DNA from: the human T2T-CHM13v2.0 reference genome, Homo sapiens
Reading direction: 5' to 3' (one strand)
Assembly: GCF_009914755.1 (NCBI RefSeq)
Contig: NC_060928.1
DNA length: 64,000 nt
Position 1 is the first letter of the stretch; every line of letters starts with the position of its first letter. Both the position numbers and the translations under genes were made by a program. Under the pieces are notes generated by a model, which worked only from the letters and a program-made list of their open reading frames with translations, had not been told where the DNA came from and ran no database searches. Below are positions 53,090-64,000 of this stretch, one piece after another.

Positions 53090-53753
53090 CTAGGCTAGCT
53101 GCATAATTTGCAGGAGCCCAGATAAAAATAATAAAATGTCAGGGAAGCCAATCTCTCTTTTTAGTGGCCCACTGCTGTGGTGCCACTGTGGACAGGCGAA
53201 TCCCAAGAATCACAACCTCTGCACCACGACATGCTCAGTACCTGGATCAGGAGTGGGTAAGAAACTCCCACAGACACCTGCCAAATATACTGTCCTGTGA
53301 TGCTTCATTCCAACATAAGAATAGCTGTCTGGCCCCATCTTGATGGTCCAGGAGGCATGCATCTGACCAGCATCTAGGCTCTCACCACGGGCAGAAAGTG
53401 ATGGGGTAATATTGATGGAATCCACTAGCAGCCCTGGGTGGTAAGAAGCTGCAGTTGCAAAGAGCGTGTGGGGAGAGGAAGTCTGAGGGGAGCCAAGGGT
53501 GCCAGAAGGTGGGAAGTGGGCATACCCAGAACTCATCTTGCGGAGGTTGGGGACAGCAGGAAGCAGGGTCATATAAGCTGAGGCTCCAAGCTCTCAGTGC
53601 ATGCTCCATTGTCCCTTGAACTTCACTTACATAATATAAATTGAAAGATAAAATTATTAAGATTTTCAAGACAAAAGCAAATGTTAAACTCCAAGCATGA
53701 GCCCCTTCTGAATATGAGGTTCTGTGTTACTACAAAACCATAAATCGGACCTA
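53090..53753 (-). mobile_element. MER45-family (hAT-Tip100) transposon
   Basis: Ends gctgcataatttgcaggagcccag and attattaagattttcaagac...ccaagcatgagccccttctga match the MER45 reverse complement as I recall it. Confidence 0.75.
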
Positions 53754-55809
53754 TGAGAAGCAAAGATGAAGAAAGTCTCAAAAACTTACTCAAGGATTCA
53801 AGTCAGAATAATGTTTTTGAATTTAAAACCTACATCTTTCTAACCTGCTACTCTGATTATCTGACATAAAATTTAATACGTTGCTTTTTATATCCCAATT
53901 CTCCATTATCATAAGGTATTTGCTTAATGTATGCTTTCTGCCTGCAGGGCATGACTAGAAACACTTTATTTCCATGAGTAGATAATATTAGAGAGAACTC
54001 TTTTGATTCCATCAACACCTTGCATTGGCTTAGGGAAAACAGAAAAAAAAAAACAACAACAACAACAACAAAAACAAACAAAAAAAACTTGTCACAGAGA
54101 CAAAGGAGACATTTTTCAGAAAAAAAAATGGGGCTCAACTATGGATTAAAGCTGGGTATAGAAGCCAATAAATTTTACCTCCCGCTCTGCTCCTTTCTGC
54201 ATGTCTGTTTTATCTTTGTCTCTTTCTAAATCAATGTTTCCATTGCTTTCTTTCCCAAATTCAAGATGGAATTTATTCAAGCCACTATTCCCAAGCTTTA
54301 ATATTGCTGTTCCAATCACTCAAGAGAAAATGATTTAATATTTTTATTCTCAATTCTAAATCCCTGAAAAGGGGACTGATGGGACTTTCCTAGGTCATAA
54401 TCACCTAACCACTACCACTCAAGATTATCTGTTAAGGAATATTAATATATCGGTATTAATATATCAAGAAAATTGCTTGGTGGAGCTGCCCAATAACTCT
54501 ATCTGTGAAGAGAACAGTTCTTAGATATGAGAGCCTGCCAGGCAGCTCATAGGTTCCACTATGGATGACAAGGCTCTGTATCACAAGATGTTATTAGATT
54601 TATTGGAAAATGTTGGTGTAGCATCTCTTACTCCTGAAATTCAACTGTGTGGCAAATAGATTTTTGAAACATAACAATAAATTTGCTTTATTTCTCAAAT
54701 TTTATCCAAGACTCTGAATGACTTTAACTAAGCTCCACATCAGACCTTGTTATATAAAAAGCAAAACTAATGTCATTTTTCATTTGTGGTGTATCTGTGA
54801 CCTGACAGTCCTCCCATCCCTCTCGATGATACACTTTATTGAAAGAGTGAAAATTCTAGAAGGTGAAATTCAATTCAGGCCACCCCATGGCTGTCAATGT
54901 CATTTTTGTTCCTGCTGGGATTTCCAGTTTGACAGAAATCACCAGAAGTCAAGAGAACTATTTAAACTACGAATATAGCCTACGCACCAACTGGGGCCAC
55001 TGGTACCCCAGAAACCACTAACAGCAGTGTAAAATGTTTCATGTTAAACAATACCTCCTACCAGAATGTTAGCGCTGTCCAAGGAGAATAACCTAAAAGA
55101 AATAGTGCTCCCAGGGCCTATCTCTATGAAAAACATGGGCTTTGTGAACTTGAATTTCATCTGCTTATATAGAAATTGAAATTGCATACATCTCCAGCAT
55201 ATGTTTCCAGGCTTTGCAATAAAAGCTGGGTTCTTTGTGATGGAATTTTGAAGTATAGTGCTGATGTTTTTGACAGAAATGATGTGTCTTCAAAGTTTTC
55301 TATCATGCATTTATATTTTATAGCCTTAAGTGAGTATATTCTGCATCATGTCACCTTCTCCATTTATACCTTTTCCTGAAAGGCAAAATCCTCATTACGT
55401 TTGTGCAATTTTTTTTATGAATTGTCTTGATGCTGGGAAATATTTTGTTTCTTAATAATATGATTTAGAGAGTCATAATTTCTTATTGATTCATTTTTAA
55501 TCCTTCATTAACTAAGTTATTACATATCTTTGGTAACAAGACAAAGTTCTTATTTGCCTTGTGTGTGTTAGAATGCACTGAGGCTTATTAAAATGATTAG
55601 CATAATCACATCATGCTGAGAACATATTCAGCATCTTACATTTAGTAGATGAAGTTTCCATAGATCCCATCCTCTTATTTGCACTTTACAACAGTTAAGC
55701 AGTATTTTTTCAAGTGTAAAGACTTAAGTCTACATTGGGTAAACAAGTTTTAATTAATTTTGAGGGCAAGTCACCTGCAGAGGCAGTGGTTTGAAGGCCA
55801 AAATAAAAC

Positions 55810-55980
55810 AATCTAAGACTCATGGTTGGATAGACATGGGTTCAAACTTCAGATTTTATACTTCCTGATTTTCTGCTGTTGAGTAAGTTACTTGCCCTCT
55901 ATATTTTCCTATTAGTAAAGTAGGAAAATGCTGGTTATATCTACCCCGTGTGAAGATCAGGTGAGAGTTTTATGAGTGCT
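55810..55980 (+). mobile_element. MIR
   Basis: agacatgggttcaaac...ttgagtaagttactt. Confidence 0.55.
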
Positions 55981-56624
55981 GATATTCAGTTTCTGCACAA
56001 TCTTGTGGATTCGGGCTGTATACAAATCCTTTCTTTCCTTATTTGCTGAGGTCTGTGCTGTACTAATTGTGAAATGTTTTGAATGTATGTAAATGTCAAG
56101 AGCCACAACCTGGAACATATCACATACTCAAAACCATCTAAACACAATGTATAAACGTGGCAATTATTAGTTTATTCTGTATGTGTAGAGAAAATATTTG
56201 AAGAGCTTTAGATGAATCTTTCATTAAAAAAGAGCTACATGCATCATGACACAAAGACTTAATAAGTAATTCTTATATTAATTTAAGTGTTACCAGTTAT
56301 TTGTCACATAGTGGTGTTCACTGAATATTTTTACTCCATCAGACATCATTTCAGATAGATGCTCAAGGATTGGTGTGGTGACTGGTGAAACTTTCACAAA
56401 AATTTCAGTGTAAAAGTTCCAGGCATTAATTATGAGATGAAGCCATTCAAACCAATATTCCCTATCTTTATATGTTTGAGCCCCATTAGATATTGATGTA
56501 AAACAGAATAAAAAGTATAATTGCTTTATCTTCTATTAGTTGAAAGGAGAAGAAAGAGAAATAGTATCTTAGGTTAGAGCTTCTGACCCTAGAATTCATT
56601 AGTTCTTCATCATGGCTAAATAAT

Positions 56625-56850
56625 GGCATCATTAAAAACTTATGGAACCCTTACTAGATATCAAGCCTTGCCAAGTATTACCCTTGTAATTTTTAATTTA
56701 AATTTCAAACAATCTATGACATAGATAGCTTTATATTTCCCACTTTACATATAAGAAAACATATGCTGTAAAACTATACTATACTTTGCAGAGTTCTGCA
56801 ATTATTAGAGAGCAAACAAGATTTGAATCCAAGTATGACTAACATGAAAG
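56625..56850 (-). mobile_element. MIR relic
   Basis: cccactttacatataagaaaac...agatttgaatccaagt. Confidence 0.5.
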
Positions 56851-57352
56851 AAATGCACTTGTTGCGGCCATATGTTAATCTTTCTCAGTGTAGTACAGGT
56901 AGCATTGATTTTAATATTCAACTTACTTGAAAAACTAGTAAATACATTTGAGATGTCTTTTATTTGTTTTTTTTAGGGGCAGATTATTGTCTATGTATGA
57001 ATTTATTAAATTTTGAAGACAATTTGTGGACCTTCCAGCAAAAATGTAAAATGAGTTAATACAATTATTTCTGCTCCAGATGATAGTGAAAGAATACAAG
57101 ATCAAAATAATAAACAAGAAATGAACAGAGACCATCAGAATATAGGAGATATGGACAAATTTAGTTAGAGACTAAATGAAAAAAAGGTTTTTGCTAATGG
57201 AACTTAAGAAGTTTCTGTTAACAGTAACTGTATCTATCTTTCTAGTTGTCAGGCCAAAAACCTTGATGTCTTCTTTAACTCTTCTGTTTATCTTGCCCCA
57301 GGCAGATAGTCTCATCAAATTCTCTTTTCTCGAACATTATTTTATCCCAAAT

Positions 57353-57422
57353 CCCAAAATCTCTCCTCACCTCCTTCATTAACACTGCCCAAAATCTCTC
57401 CTCACCTCCTTCATTAACACTG
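57353..57422. repeat. Perfect 35-bp tandem duplication
   Basis: cccaaaatctctcctcacctccttcattaacactg x2. Confidence 0.95.
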
Positions 57423-58074
57423 CAGTCCAAGCCACCAGCGTCAATTGCCTCGGGGATTGCAATTGCCTCCAAGCTAATCCCTCAGCTTCCACCAATCTTA
57501 GACCTTGAGTCAGCCTATCCTCAACGTTAATCTGAACAGTCCTGTAAAAATGTTTGCCATTTCAGCATCTTCTGCTTTCAAAATAATCATAAAACATTTA
57601 AAAACATTAAAAAAAATAAAACATTAAAAATACAATACATTAAAAAAAAAGTCATAGCTCATTGTTTCTCTGCTCCAAACCCTCCATTTGCTCCTTGATC
57701 CTGTCTAGCAAAAGACAATATATCCTAGCAAAAGACAATATCCTTCAAATTATAGTCTCTGGTTATATCTATTACAAAATTTTCTGCAAAGCAACTCTCC
57801 TATCTTCTGGGTTCTAAACAAATGCTTCGGATACACAAACTTTTTACTTAACTTCACTGCATGAGTATCTCTCCCTCTTTCACTGCCATTATCAATTTCT
57901 TAGCGAGTTCTTTAGTGAACAAGGTTCCTCATCCTGTATTCTCCACTTAACACTTTCAATTATATTGCTCCACAGAATCGAACACATTTTAATATATTTT
58001 CTATCAAATAAATTTTGGTTTTTTTTTCTGCCCTTTCTTATTCTCCTGAAACTTTAAGCTTAATAAAGGAAAGC

Positions 58075-58369
58075 GCCAGGCGGGGTGGCTCACGCCTGTA
58101 ATCCCAGCACTTTGGGAGGCCGAGGCTGGCGGATCATGAGGTCAGGAGATGGAGACCATCCTGGCTAACACGGTGAAACCCCGCCTCTACTAAAAATACA
58201 AAAAATTAGCCAGGCGTGGTGGTGGGTGCCTGTAGTCCCAGTTACTCAGGAGGCTGAGGCAGGAGAATGGCGTGAACCCAGGAGGCGGAGCTTGCAGTGA
58301 GCTGAGATGGCGCCACTGTACTCCAGCCTGGGCGATAGAGCAAGACCCCGTCTCAAAAATAAATAAATA
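58075..58369 (+). mobile_element. AluY, full length
   Basis: Y diagnostics (cctggctaacacggtgaaacc, ggcgtgaacc, gcggagcttgcagtgagc); (TAAA)n tail; 13-bp TSD aataaaggaaagc at 58062-58074 and 58370-58382. Confidence 0.95.
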
Positions 58370-59269
58370 AATAAAGGAAAGCATGTTTTCTGGTTTATTC
58401 ATTGCTCTATCCCATCACATTAAGCTGATTTTAATTGTTTAGTAAACATTTATTGATTACCAGATTAATACAATCTACTTAAATGTATATGTATATGCAT
58501 GTTTGTGTAAATATGCAAACACCTTCTCAACTGCAGTGTTTGCTGTGTATATACAATATGCACATTAATACACACACATATATGTACTTATACATATGCA
58601 TGCATGTGTGTGTGTACGGCAAACATTTCAGTTGAGAAGGTGTTTGCATGTCTGGCAACATCCTAAGCATTCCCCAGTTATTAAAGAAAGGTCCATACCA
58701 AAACAAGCATAAAATTCTCAAACTTCAAAGTCAAAAAGAAAATCTGGAAACCGTACAGGAATGAAAACAACTAACACATAAAATAAAGCAAGAATAGTAA
58801 GTCAGGTTTGCATCCATTTTCTATTAGCAACTGATATTGTAAAATATGGATATAACTACCAAAAGAAAAAAAACTGTAAATGTTTAAAAATGCAGCTGCT
58901 GAAGAGTGAAAGGACTGGGAAACAAACAGAATCTATGCTTAAAATGTACCATTTTAGCTAATTTGGGGCAAAAACTTTACTTTTATGGTTCTTGGTTTCA
59001 TTATCTCTGGGTTTCTGTGATTCTATCCTTTCTATGGTTCTGTCTTTTTTCACAAGACTGTTTTATTCATTATGTAGAAAATTGTTTCTGGCTTATTAGT
59101 TATCAAGTTATCCTTTGAAAATTCATCAGATTATTACAGAATTGAAAGACTCAACTTTCCAAATATCTGCAGAAACCATTGTAGGCAGGGATTACCATTA
59201 TTACTTCTTAACCTTCTTATCGACCCCCCATTTTTTCTTATTTTGGCTTAATCTTGGAGCATCAATTCA

Positions 59270-59540
59270 TTCCTTTTTTACCTAGAATATAATCCAACTG
59301 TTAATAATTCCCACTTGCCTTCTGGCCACTTCTGATAAAAATATTCCATCAATATTTCTACCATAATGTGTTTAAAACCAGGCTCAACCTCTGTCCATCT
59401 TAAGCCAGGCTCTTCTATTGTCACTTGCTCTGTTAATAACATCACTATTTTCAGAGCCACTCAAAACCTGCATGTCTACTTTTCAATTTTTTTGTTCTCC
59501 TTTCCCAACAGTTATTCCTTGATTGGATATCTACATACTC
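59270..59540 (+). mobile_element. L2 relic
   Basis: atttctaccataatgtgtttaaaaccaggctcaacctc...tctgttaataacatcactatt. Confidence 0.5.
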
Positions 59541-62249
59541 TGGGCATAGCATTCCTCTAGTCTAAAGATATGGAAGTGCGAGGCATAATCTCTGTTCACT
59601 AGAAATTCTGTTTATTCTGGAGACCAATGTGCAGAAACAATTATGATACGATAAACTGAGTATCAAATGAACAATAAATCAACTTGAAATAAAGCAGTAT
59701 GTGAACATTAAAGAGAGAGAGGGAGGGAGAAATTGCTTCTGTCCCTATTGGAACAAAACTTATATTATCTCATTTCATCTCCTAGGTCACTAGGGTCCTG
59801 CCCAGGGTTTCCTAGGTCCTGCACAAAGTAGTCTTATTGCAGTATTTTTCTGAAATCAGCTATGTGTGTCACTAAAATTTCAATGGTTTAACTTTGTCAA
59901 GAGGATTAAATAAATTTATGCATTGGACATTCAAGACACTTACGGTCTGGCTTTAACATTTTTTTCCCCCAGCCTTATCTCCCACTATTTCTCTGGTAAA
60001 CACTATACGTGAGCTTTATTGAAACATTTACCTTTTTCAAATCCTTATGTTTTTCTAAATCCATCCATTTGCTCACTGCATTTTATCAACTACAAGTAGT
60101 TTTATCTTTCAAGATGCTAGTAAAATCAGCCAGCTCCTGAAGTGCTCATGCTTACTACAATGACATGATCTGTCACTTCTCTTAACTTGCATAGCAATTT
60201 ATATGCACTATTCTTTACATGCTTAACACATCAGTGTTTGGCATATTTGGGTATGTATCTCTGCTGTCCTACAAAATGATATGCTTGCTGCGAGTAGATA
60301 CCATTCCTTATATCTCCTGGAATACTGTTTTTAGTGAGCCAATCAAAATCCCTTTTAAAAGTTTAAAGCACACTTCAAATTAAGCACGATTTTATTATTC
60401 TTCCTCATATTAAAGCTAACAGAGGAAAGTAAGAAATTGTGATTTTTAATTATTCTCAATTAAATCAAACAAACAGCTGGGTATAGCTTTCTCAAAAAGA
60501 TAAATTTCACGTCATTGCAACAATCACAATGTGCAGTATTTACAAAGGCCTTTTGGGAAATCATTTTACAAAAATCGTACTCCTTTCTTATTTCATTTAC
60601 TAGTTGAAAAAGACAGAAACCTGCTTATTGACCTTGTTTTACCTCTATGAGGCAATGAGATTACAACCGGGACTCACCACAGCCAATCACTGTTGCCATG
60701 AAAGGAAATAAAAGTGTACAGCACACTTTCCCCTTAAATCAATGCTCAATTTAGGGACAAAATCTTTAAGTCCATTCCTCCCTAAAGGGGAATTCCAGAT
60801 AGCTATGGTGTAGAAATAACTGGATATGTCTCTCAAGTTTAGGAACTAAAGAGCAACCTGAATGTAATTTAGTATTATTTGAGGTAGATTAAAGGTGGGG
60901 CAGTAGAATAAACCCTTGATAATAAATCTCTCATAAGCCTATCTCTGTGATTAAAGTCACACCTGAATTTTTCAATTACCCAAACCAAATACTAGCATAG
61001 CACTTTGTATATCAAGGGGACACACAGTAATTGATTGTTGATGGAAATTAATTTAATAATTTAATTAAAGAGAATAAAAAAATGAATCTGGCTTTTGGCT
61101 CTGCATTTATTTCTTCTACTTTATTTGGAAAGATAAAATACTACCATGTTTATAGAAAAGATCATGCTGATTTCTATCTCACTCTGTTGCATCTTTAATT
61201 CATTTTGATGTTTATTTTTAAATCAAGAATTTACGACATTAGAGAAAAGATGAAGGAGGTTTAAGCACTTAAAGGCTCTTAACAAAGACAAAAAAATAAG
61301 TCATGAGTATTTTTCTATTGTATTATGTAAACATGTCCAAGAATCTGACAAAGTTCATGACCCTGACTTTCTCTCTGTCTCACTCTCAAAATATAAATAG
61401 ATATAAAAAAGAAACAAAGAAAGTAAAGAAAGGTGAGAAGCAAAGACATAGACAAAGACACAGAAGCAACACCACACAATATACAAGAGAAATTAAGAGA
61501 AGTCTCCATGGACCCTGAAAGGAAAGTAAACGCTACAGAAAAGCTGCTTTGGTCATGCTTTTACTATGCAACTTGGGTTGTAGTCCTAAAGTGCTCTTAT
61601 CCTTTGTTTTGTGTGCTTTTGAAATGATAATTTAATCTTTAGCATCCTTAGTCCATTTGCAATCAGAGAGAGCTTTAAAGTTTTCATTTTAAAATTTCAG
61701 TTTAGTTTTGAATAAAAGTTTATTCCTTATGGAATTAACAAGTTTTTATACAGGTAGGAGACATGACAAGTATTTTTTAATCTATTTTGGACCCACACAT
61801 ATGTTGGTGAATTTGCCAGACATGTCACTCCCTTTGAAATACAAAGCCACACGACTGCCTTATTTTTGTTTAAAGATTAGGGTATTCTCATTCTGTAGTG
61901 CTTGAAAGTTACATTGAAACTAGCATTGATTTCATTATTATAGGCCATTTTCCAAATCAGGACCAATTATTTTCATCTTGAAGGGATAATGAACAGTATG
62001 ATCTTAGAATAACTGTGTAAATTAAAACTCAGGAGGAATAAGCCTGTGTTTTACTGTAAATTAAAGATTAAATACTGCTTGTGGCTCTTTAAGAGCCTTA
62101 TTTAATCTTCCAAACAATAAATGAAATGTCCATAGTAATCCGGGTAAGCATGTGTGTATGCACAATGTGGAACTTTCCTTCTGAGACGTGTTGCTCTGCA
62201 TTTGTCTCGGTCCAAGAGAAATTCATGTCCTTCCTGTAATACATTCACT

Positions 62250-62575
62250 AAGTTATTCATTCAATTAGTTATTCATTCATTTAGGCTTTGTATTTCAAAG
62301 TTAACTAAATAAAATGGAGAGGACTTAATACTGAAACTGCAAAATCTAGTAATGCTGAAGTATAGAAAAAAGTAAGTAATTATAATACAATGTGAAGTTT
62401 GCTGTAGCACTCTTATATAGAGGGTCTTCCTGGAAAATAGAAGGGAATAAATTAATTACTTTGATAGTATAGGCCAGAGAAACTTAAATAGAAAACTCAG
62501 TAGTCAAATAGACTATAAAGAATAAGAAAGACTTTATCTGGAAGAGATTAGAGAAAAAAACATTGCCAGGAAATC
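62250..62575 (-). mobile_element. L2 3' relic
   Basis: ttattcattcaattagttattcattcattt...aattataatacaatgtgaag. Confidence 0.5.
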
Positions 62576-62934
62576 TCTTCCTATAAAGAACCTCAAATTT
62601 TTATTGACATAGTTACACTTTTTTCATTTTCTATTTTGTCAAACTTTCCATAAATATGTGGTAAGGCCTTGGAACTAGCAAAAGTGACCACATGACTCAG
62701 GCAAAGCCAACCTTAGTCTATGTACTTGCAACCTTAATAGTAATCACAACAACATAAGGTAAAGAGGGTAGAAATCGATCCATCCTAAAAATAACTCTGA
62801 CAAGAACCTCCACTTGTTTGTGCTAAGTAGATTTCCAGAAAGCATCTAGTTTCAATTGTCTATGGAGTCAGACTCTGTGTAGCTATGATTCAGTGAGGTA
62901 CCCAATATGTTTCCTTCTCATTTATATATAAAAA

Positions 62935-63143
62935 GGAGCCAAAAGGAAATACTAAAAAATAAAGAAACCTAATATCAGATAAAAGAATTCCTTAAAAAAT
63001 AAATAAGCAGACCAGGTAGAGTTGAGAGTAGAATTTGTGAACTTGAAGACAGGTAAAATAAATTGTCAAAACAGAAACAAAGACAAAATTTTGAAAAAAT
63101 ACGTACATAATACAAGATATAAAACAATCAATGCTATAACATC
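62935..63143 (+). mobile_element. Old L1 ORF1 fragment
   Basis: gagagtagaatttgtgaacttgaagacagg resembles the L1 ORF1 coiled-coil coding region. Confidence 0.5.
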
Positions 63144-64000
63144 TAAGGGGTCTTCAAAAATGTATAGGAAGTGTGTATTATGACAAAACTGTGTGTGGAT
63201 TTAAATATTATTTTACACTAAACAAGCTTGTAATAATTTGTTGTAACATGCCTGAACAAGATCTAGTTTGAGGCATTAAGAAGGATAAGACACCAGTTTA
63301 AAAAGAGGCCCTACCAGAGCAACATGAATTCTGCTAAAATTGAAGGAAACATAACATCAAATTTATGGTGAAGTGTGGGTGAAAGAATAGTGAAATTGTT
63401 GATGCTTTGCAGAAAGTTTATGAGGAAAATAATTCAAAGAAACCAGCAGTTTACAAATGGATAACTCATTTTAGGAAGATATGAGATAATGTTGAAGATG
63501 AGTCCCACACCAATAGACCATCTACATCAATTTTTGAGGAAAAATTCACATTGTTTGTGTCCTAGTTGAAGAGGATAAATAGTTAACAGCAAAAACAGTA
63601 ACCAACATCACGGAAATCTAAACTGGTTCAGCTGACACAATTCTGGCTGAAAAATTAAAGTTGAGCGAACTTTCCACTCAATGGTTGCCAAAACCATGGT
63701 GCCCAGATCAGCTGCAAACAAGAGAAGAGCTTTCAATGGAAATTTTAAACAAGAAGGATCATGATCCTGAAACATTTATTTAAAGAATTGTAACAAGAGA
63801 TAAAACATGTCCTTACTAGTATGATCCTGAAGACAGAGCATAATCAAATCAATGGCTACTAAGAGGAAGAAGTGGTCCAGTCAAAGCAAAAGCAGATGAG
63901 TCAAGAGTGAAACTCATGCAACAATTTTTGGGGATACTCAAGGCCTTTTGCTAGTTAACTTTCTGGGGAGCAAAATAACATAACATCTATTCATTTTTAG
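63144..64000 (+). mobile_element. HSMAR2 mariner transposon with decayed transposase (runs off the window)
   Basis: TIR aggggtcttcaaaaa; ATG 63324 MNSAKIE.., NIKFMVK, AVYKWIT, WLPK (WVPK motif), DQLQTREELSMEILNK, IVTRDKT (IVTGDET motif); multiple stops and frameshifts. Confidence 0.92.

Larger units (their letters stand above)
57215..58465 (+). mobile_element. L2 relic interrupted by AluY
   Basis: ctagttgtcaggccaaaaaccttg, ctctgctccaaaccctcca, ttattcattgctctatccca, agtaaacatttattga. Confidence 0.7.

Noticed and set aside
53210-53669. 120-aa and 95-aa ORFs in a GC-richer island
   Set aside because: Lie within a MER45-family transposon; no recognisable domain
63324-64000. Possible functional or domesticated mariner transposase
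   Set aside because: Frameshift within the first ~10 codons, several stops, and a degraded catalytic motif

Overview
AT-rich, CpG-poor primate (human-like) intergenic or intronic DNA dominated by transposable elements. I found no credible protein-coding gene, RNA gene, CRISPR array or prokaryote-type system; the listed ORFs are explained by repeats, microsatellites or chance. Content: about 10 Alus (J, S, Y), a near full-length L1MA element carrying a nested 5'-truncated KRT8 processed pseudogene, an older L1M with a large internal deletion, a short L1PA 3' end, a MER4A-type ERV1 provirus with a truncated 3' LTR, solo LTRs (MER50, MER34/39-like, MER31, MER4-group, LTR16-like), DNA transposons (Tigger3a, MER104, Charlie-type, MER45-type, MADE1, HSMAR2) and many L2/MIR relics. 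The most notable unexplained signal is a 120-bp near-perfect hairpin (42656-42775). One arm is a canonical G-quadruplex motif on the minus strand, and three of its four mismatches become G-U wobbles only in a minus-strand RNA. Other signals are several fold-back/palindromic structures, intact splice-site exons inside the ERV, and an Alu collapsed to a monomer with both TSDs kept. Repeat family names come from my recall of consensus sequences and are not database-verified; boundaries of old elements are approximate.
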